Shown here: piece after piece, positions 59,101-64,000 of the stretch
Layout: each line of letters opens with the position of its first letter
Numbering within the stretch: position 1 is the stretch's first letter
NCBI GenBank assembly: GCA_051362555.1
Contig: CM120647.1
Location: 1,488,001 to 1,552,000, forward strand
Length of the DNA: 64,000 nt
Direction: 5' to 3'
From: Lingula anatina
Taxonomy: Eukaryota > Animalia > Brachiopoda
Program-made: the position numbers and the translations under genes
The notes under the pieces: generated by a model
Seen by the model: only the letters and a program-made list of their open reading frames with translations
Told to the model about the DNA's origin: nothing
Database searches by the model: none

Positions 59101-59272
59101 AACTGGGGCCCTGCCCTTAAAGCAAACTTATCCTGCAACAGAAATCAGTTGTTCATTTCTATGAGCACCTGGCAATACGAGTCCCCTGCCTCGCACCTCA
59201 GACATTTTATCTACTGTCTCCTCCCCTTCTCTTTTTAAAATTATTTTTCATTTTTTAAAGTTTTTTTGGAGC

Positions 59273-59762
59273 CTACAGGGCTGGTGCAAAGTCATCATCC
59301 ACATCATCCTCATCGCTTTCGACATAAACATCAGGAACTTCCTGGTCCAAGTTTTTACGTTCCGACCTCTGCAAAACTGTAAACGTACTTCCTGTTCTGA
59401 ACCACGGGTGTCTTAGCACCTCGTCGGCCGTCAGTCGCTCCGAAGGGTCCTGTCTCAACAGCGACCTTATCAGGCAGCGTGCCTTGGAGGATACTGTTTC
59501 AGGTACGTTATACTGTCCTCGTAAAATTTTGCGAAACAGAGCGCTGGGCTCCGTGTCGTGGAATGGGTAGCGTCCAAACAGCATGGTATACAAGATAACG
59601 CCTAGCGACCACATATCGGCGGCTTTCCCTGAGTATGGCGTGTTGGCACACAGTATTTCTGGACTGACGTAGGCCGGGCAACCATGTTTATCTCGCATGG
59701 AGTCATCATTTTCATCCTCCAGGACAAAAGAGTCTTCCAGGCCCTCCAGCTTCAATTTTTTC
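59273..59762 (-). CDS. TRIB: Tribbles pseudokinase (TRIB2-like), last coding exon
   Basis: Acceptor ttttcag at 59763. [46 protein letters not shown] (MEK-binding) and DQEVPD (COP1-binding). No upstream exon recognised in the window. Confidence 0.95.
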
Positions 59763-62087
59763 CTGAAAAATTGACAAATGAAGTTATTATATTGGGTTCC
59801 ATCAAAAGAAGGAAACAGTTGAAAACTACTCCAATCCAATTCCAATACGCATTGCCTTTAAAATTAGAAGTAAAATTGACAGCTCTGTTAAAACCTGGAA
59901 TATCATGACAATTATGATGGTAATGTGTTGCTTGATTTATTGATCTCTGTTGGTGAGAAGGTTTATTCAAAATGCAAGCTGAAGTTTATGTATAATTGTG
60001 CTTGTTCACTTTTCTCTGTGGGTTCGATCCCCATCCCTCAGAAAATATCAACTTCAAAGCGCGCAGCATGACAACTCACTCCCAGCCAACGCACACCATG
60101 ATTCAAACCTTCCTAGAAACTTCCAGGAATCCCACTCACAGAATCAAAACGGCAAAACGTGCCAGCATAAACAGCTTTGATCCATTAAAGAGAGGCGCGG
60201 TCTAACCCGCCAATTGAGTAAACTCTAAATAAAGAACTTCCACGGTTATTTTTATCCAGATTGAAAACTCAGTGAGACGTGACCCCTGTTCACACCTTCT
60301 GGCAGACTTTGGTTCTAATGGATCAAGCTCTTCTTACAAATAGACTTTAACATGTTTTATCTAAATATAGGCATTTAGGATGGTTTTACAGGCATTTAGG
60401 TACAATTTACAACAAAGTTCAGGAGAAGACAGGAAGAGGGCCGTCTTCATTGCAGCAGAGGTCAAAATACATCATAGTCTTCAGTTTATATGACAATAAC
60501 AAGTTTCACCTCCTTCAGAAGAGAGCAGCCAGATTTTATTCCAATCTCTATCTTTATAGCATAGGAATTTCTTACTATCTACAGGATTTCATTTTAGCAC
60601 CTTCAGTAGTTAATGTACACATTAAACAAGTTATACAATCATATACCACACACACACACAGGGGTTCAGTAAAATAACCGCATTTTACAAACTTGAAGAG
60701 AGTCTCTAATATTTCTGACATACGAGAGAGAGAGAGAGAGATCACTCTTTTCAAGACACACCCAATGAATCATGTTAAAACTAACATGACTGAAGGAGGA
60801 TGTCCAGCAGCCATATCTGACAGCAGTCATCATCTGACCTATATTTTCACCGCACTCTCAGCAGCCTCATTTTGACTACTCTACACCTAGCCTGACTACG
60901 CACTTATGAATATTTTAGATCCTTACGCAACCAGCTGAAATTTCCCCAATCATCACTGTGACCTAATTCCTGACCCTAGGTTTGACCCCAGAACCAGCTG
61001 ATAACTGTGTTAACAGCCCATACCAGCCCAACCCTCACTACTACTGCAGAACTCCTTCAGTACCCACACATCATGTACCCCTTAACAGTTTATTTTCCTT
61101 CCAACATTCAAAATTAAACACCCATTTCATCTACTAGAAATTAACACCACGAGATAAAAATAGAATTCTGAGAAAAATCTCTTTCTTAATCGCCTGCCAG
61201 TGTGTCACAGGGCCCACTTCTTCCTGTACAATACATGAAAACCATACATCTCGTATCTGATTAAGTGCACTCCCAGCATTAAAATAGAACAATGATATCA
61301 TGTCACATAGGTGTTACCTGGTTGAATCTCCTGTTCTAGAACATAGGTAAAACAGGTGAAAGCTATTAAGCCCTAAGAATGAAGTAATTTTTCTTCAGTC
61401 GACAGCTCGATACAATACTGAAATAATTTTACCTTCAATATTTTGATGACTAACAGAACATCTTCATCGAGGAATGAGGCTATCCAGGTGAATAGCCTGG
61501 TCTTTAGACATTTCTAGAACACAGGTAAAACAGGTGTAAACTATTTAGCCCAGTCTATAGACGGTAACACTTTCACTGAAAGTTTCATGGACCATTAGCT
61601 GGTTTAACGCCATTCCCCGTCAAATGAGTTTTTTTTTAATTCAATAAATTGAGTCAAGTATGCATTCTAAAACTATGTATAATAACAAATAAGTCAAAAG
61701 CATATTTGTACCAGAAATGAACATAACACGCCATCCTATTCAGCTGTATTCTCCCACTCGTTCTTTAAACATTTATTGACAATAGCACTTATATTTGTAC
61801 TTTTGCATCTCTGCAAAGCCTCTCCTATTTTCACCTGCTTGCTAGTAACAGTCTGTTTCACAGCACATAAAATCAGCACATCAAACTAAGCACCTGCATG
61901 TTTATGCACGCGCACACACACACACACACAAAGCTCAAACGCACCCCTCCCCCCCCCAACACACATACATACATACATGCACAGCTAGTCCCATTCATAG
62001 AAATACATAAAAAATTTCACTATGAAATCTCCAGGGAGTTCGCTAGTCTCCAACATAAGCTGCATTATCATGCAATTTCCGCTGGCC

Positions 62088-62403
62088 TGACGTCAGTCCA
62101 TTGATCCACCATCAGCCAAGGCCAGTTATCGCATGCTGCTGCTTTTGAACTGCGAAGATTCAGGGAATATTGTTGTAAACAGGAAACGGGAGCACAAGCT
62201 GGTGAGAGAGAGAGAACAATAAAACCACCAATAACAACAACAAGGACGTCAAAATAGAAACCAATGAGAGACAATGAGCTGAAAGAGTGGCTGACAATCA
62301 ATTTAACTGCAACGCATCACTATAACTTTGCTGATCCAATATATTATACCTCAATTTATAAGCAACTTCATTACTGAAGTCCTGCAAGGATCTGCTGACG
62401 TCA
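62088..62403. promoter_or_regulatory. Two perfect CRE palindromes (TGACGTCA at 62088-62095 and 62396-62403) in the Tribbles intron
   Basis: Exact motif matches; function unproven. Confidence 0.4.
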
Positions 62404-62698
62404 GCCAGCTATGGAGAGCAGGACTACCGCAGGTTTCCTTTGTCTGCTCACAGCCGCAGCTGACCACAGCACTGACCACAGCTGACCGCAAGAAACAGCT
62501 CAGGTTTCATCAAGATCGCTTTGCCAATACACTGTGATTTTATTACCAGAACCCACTTCCAACTTTTACAATGTGAAGTGTATCAAAATATGCACAATAC
62601 ACATAAAATACTACTGGATCCATAAAATAATTGAGGTCTCTGTCATAACGTTTTACACAAAATTCATGAAAATCATGGCTGTCAATGGTCTTTCAAAT

Positions 62699-62701
<3 letters not shown>

Positions 62702-62744
<43 letters not shown>
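62702..62744. repeat. (GA)n microsatellite
   Basis: Direct reading. Confidence 0.95.
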
Positions 62745-62748
<4 letters not shown>

Positions 62749-63797
62749 GAACGCACTCTAATAAAGGCTCATCTTTCACAGGTCTCTCTTCTCATTAGCA
62801 TCAGTTGAGTAAATCCCTCATTTCCTGTCATAGTAAGGCTTCCAGTAATAAGACTGATATTTATAGCTTTCATCTCATTTCTACAGCAGCGTGGTTGCGG
62901 AAATTGGGAATAACATCACTTCATTCAATGGGACATTGGCATTGGGTGATGTGTAGGAAATAAAATTAAAGCAAACACTACCAGTGTTACATACACTTTC
63001 ATCCTTCACTGTTTTCATGCTCAGTTTCTGTGCAGTTTTACTGATACGTACATTGAGTTAATCTCTTTACTTTTAGAATCATGAATCCCTTATCAAACTT
63101 GGCATTTCAACATCCTGAATACCAAATATTAGCACTCTTCGATATTATGTCACCATTTTTTGGCACCATTGCACAACTCTTGCAACAGGCAAACAGACAA
63201 CGGTGAAATAACAGGGCAAGGATTTCGCAATTAGCAAGGTCCGATATGGTTTCCTTGTCACCAATGGCCCCTAGGACAGAGGACGGACTATTTCACAACA
63301 CCAGTGTCATGTCACATACGTACACACGAGGCCATGCAGATTACGTACATTTCGCAATCGACATCTAGAGAATGGTCAATATTGGCCTGGTGTTCAGGGT
63401 CAGTGATAACAGCCATGCTGGGTACACATGCTGGCTATTTCTAGACTATTCCAATGGCAGGCAGAAATCAGGGATTTCTGATGACATCATTGGTATCCTT
63501 TTTTCCAGTCCAATATTCAACTCAAATTCAATACAATATCTATAATGGAAAAAAAAAAAAATGCACTAATGCATTTTTAAAATTATTATTCACAGTGCAC
63601 TCTATTGTGGTTAAATTCAGTGAATTACATAGCATGCTGGATATTTAAATAAAGCTATTGTTTAGCCAAGATATGCCGGTTATTACAATAATGGACCCAG
63701 GTAGGAAGTCACGACTGTCACCTACCCACCAGTTGTGACACTTCAGATATGGTGACACTGACATCAGAGGAGACCGGTGAACTAATTATGACACTTA

Positions 63798-63956
63798 GGC
63801 ACTATTCAGAACAGTGGACTAACTAGTCCCCCTGTCAAATGTGGCCACCCACTAAAAAGCTTGCCATCTAATCCACTAATAGTCATTGAATAGATTCCCT
63901 GTGGGTCTGCCATATTTGACCCGCTGACTAGTTAGTCCACTTTTCTGAATGCCCCC
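63798..63956. mobile_element. PIF/Harbinger-type MITE
   Basis: TIRs ATTCAGAACAGTGGACTAACTAGTC / GACTAGTTAGTCCACTTTTCTGAAT with a TTA duplication. A related right half lies at ~12495-12580. Confidence 0.8.
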
Positions 63957-64000
63957 TTACACAAGGGGGCACTGAAATCAAGGGCGACTGGTGAACCTGA

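Noticed and set aside
59763-59845. N-terminal extension of the Tribbles ORF (MELDWSSF...)
   Set aside because: Intronic read-through upstream of the ttttcag acceptor; homology starts at KKLKLE.
62534-62761. ORF with a poly-(ER) tract
   Set aside because: Translation of the (GA)n microsatellite within the Tribbles intron.

Overview
AT-rich, repeat-dense animal genomic DNA. The repeat types suggest an invertebrate, probably a mollusc, but this is inference only. Host genes: (1) a tandem array of four minus-strand rhodopsin-class GPCR paralogs with intronless coding regions (A 10190-11335, B 21813-22925, C 27666-28757, D 54165-55316), with near-identical cytoplasmic segments and highly variable extracellular segments; (2) an initiator tRNA-Met gene (3514-3585); (3) the last coding exon of a Tribbles pseudokinase (59273-59762), whose upstream intron appears to run off the right edge. 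The rest is mostly decayed transposons: an LTR retrotransposon 5' end with a tRNA-Leu primer-binding site, an intron-rich Ginger2-like integrase element, a Tc1 element, a Mutator-like element carrying an OTU/vertnin-like domain, LINE fragments, a tRNA-derived SINE, Helentron-like (HINE) elements and many MITEs. Two local duplications in the GPCR array start exactly at DNA-transposon termini. One of these termini sits in the T-loop of a duplicated tRNA-iMet. All calls come from reading the sequence by eye with no searches or alignments run, and the boundaries of decayed elements are approximate.
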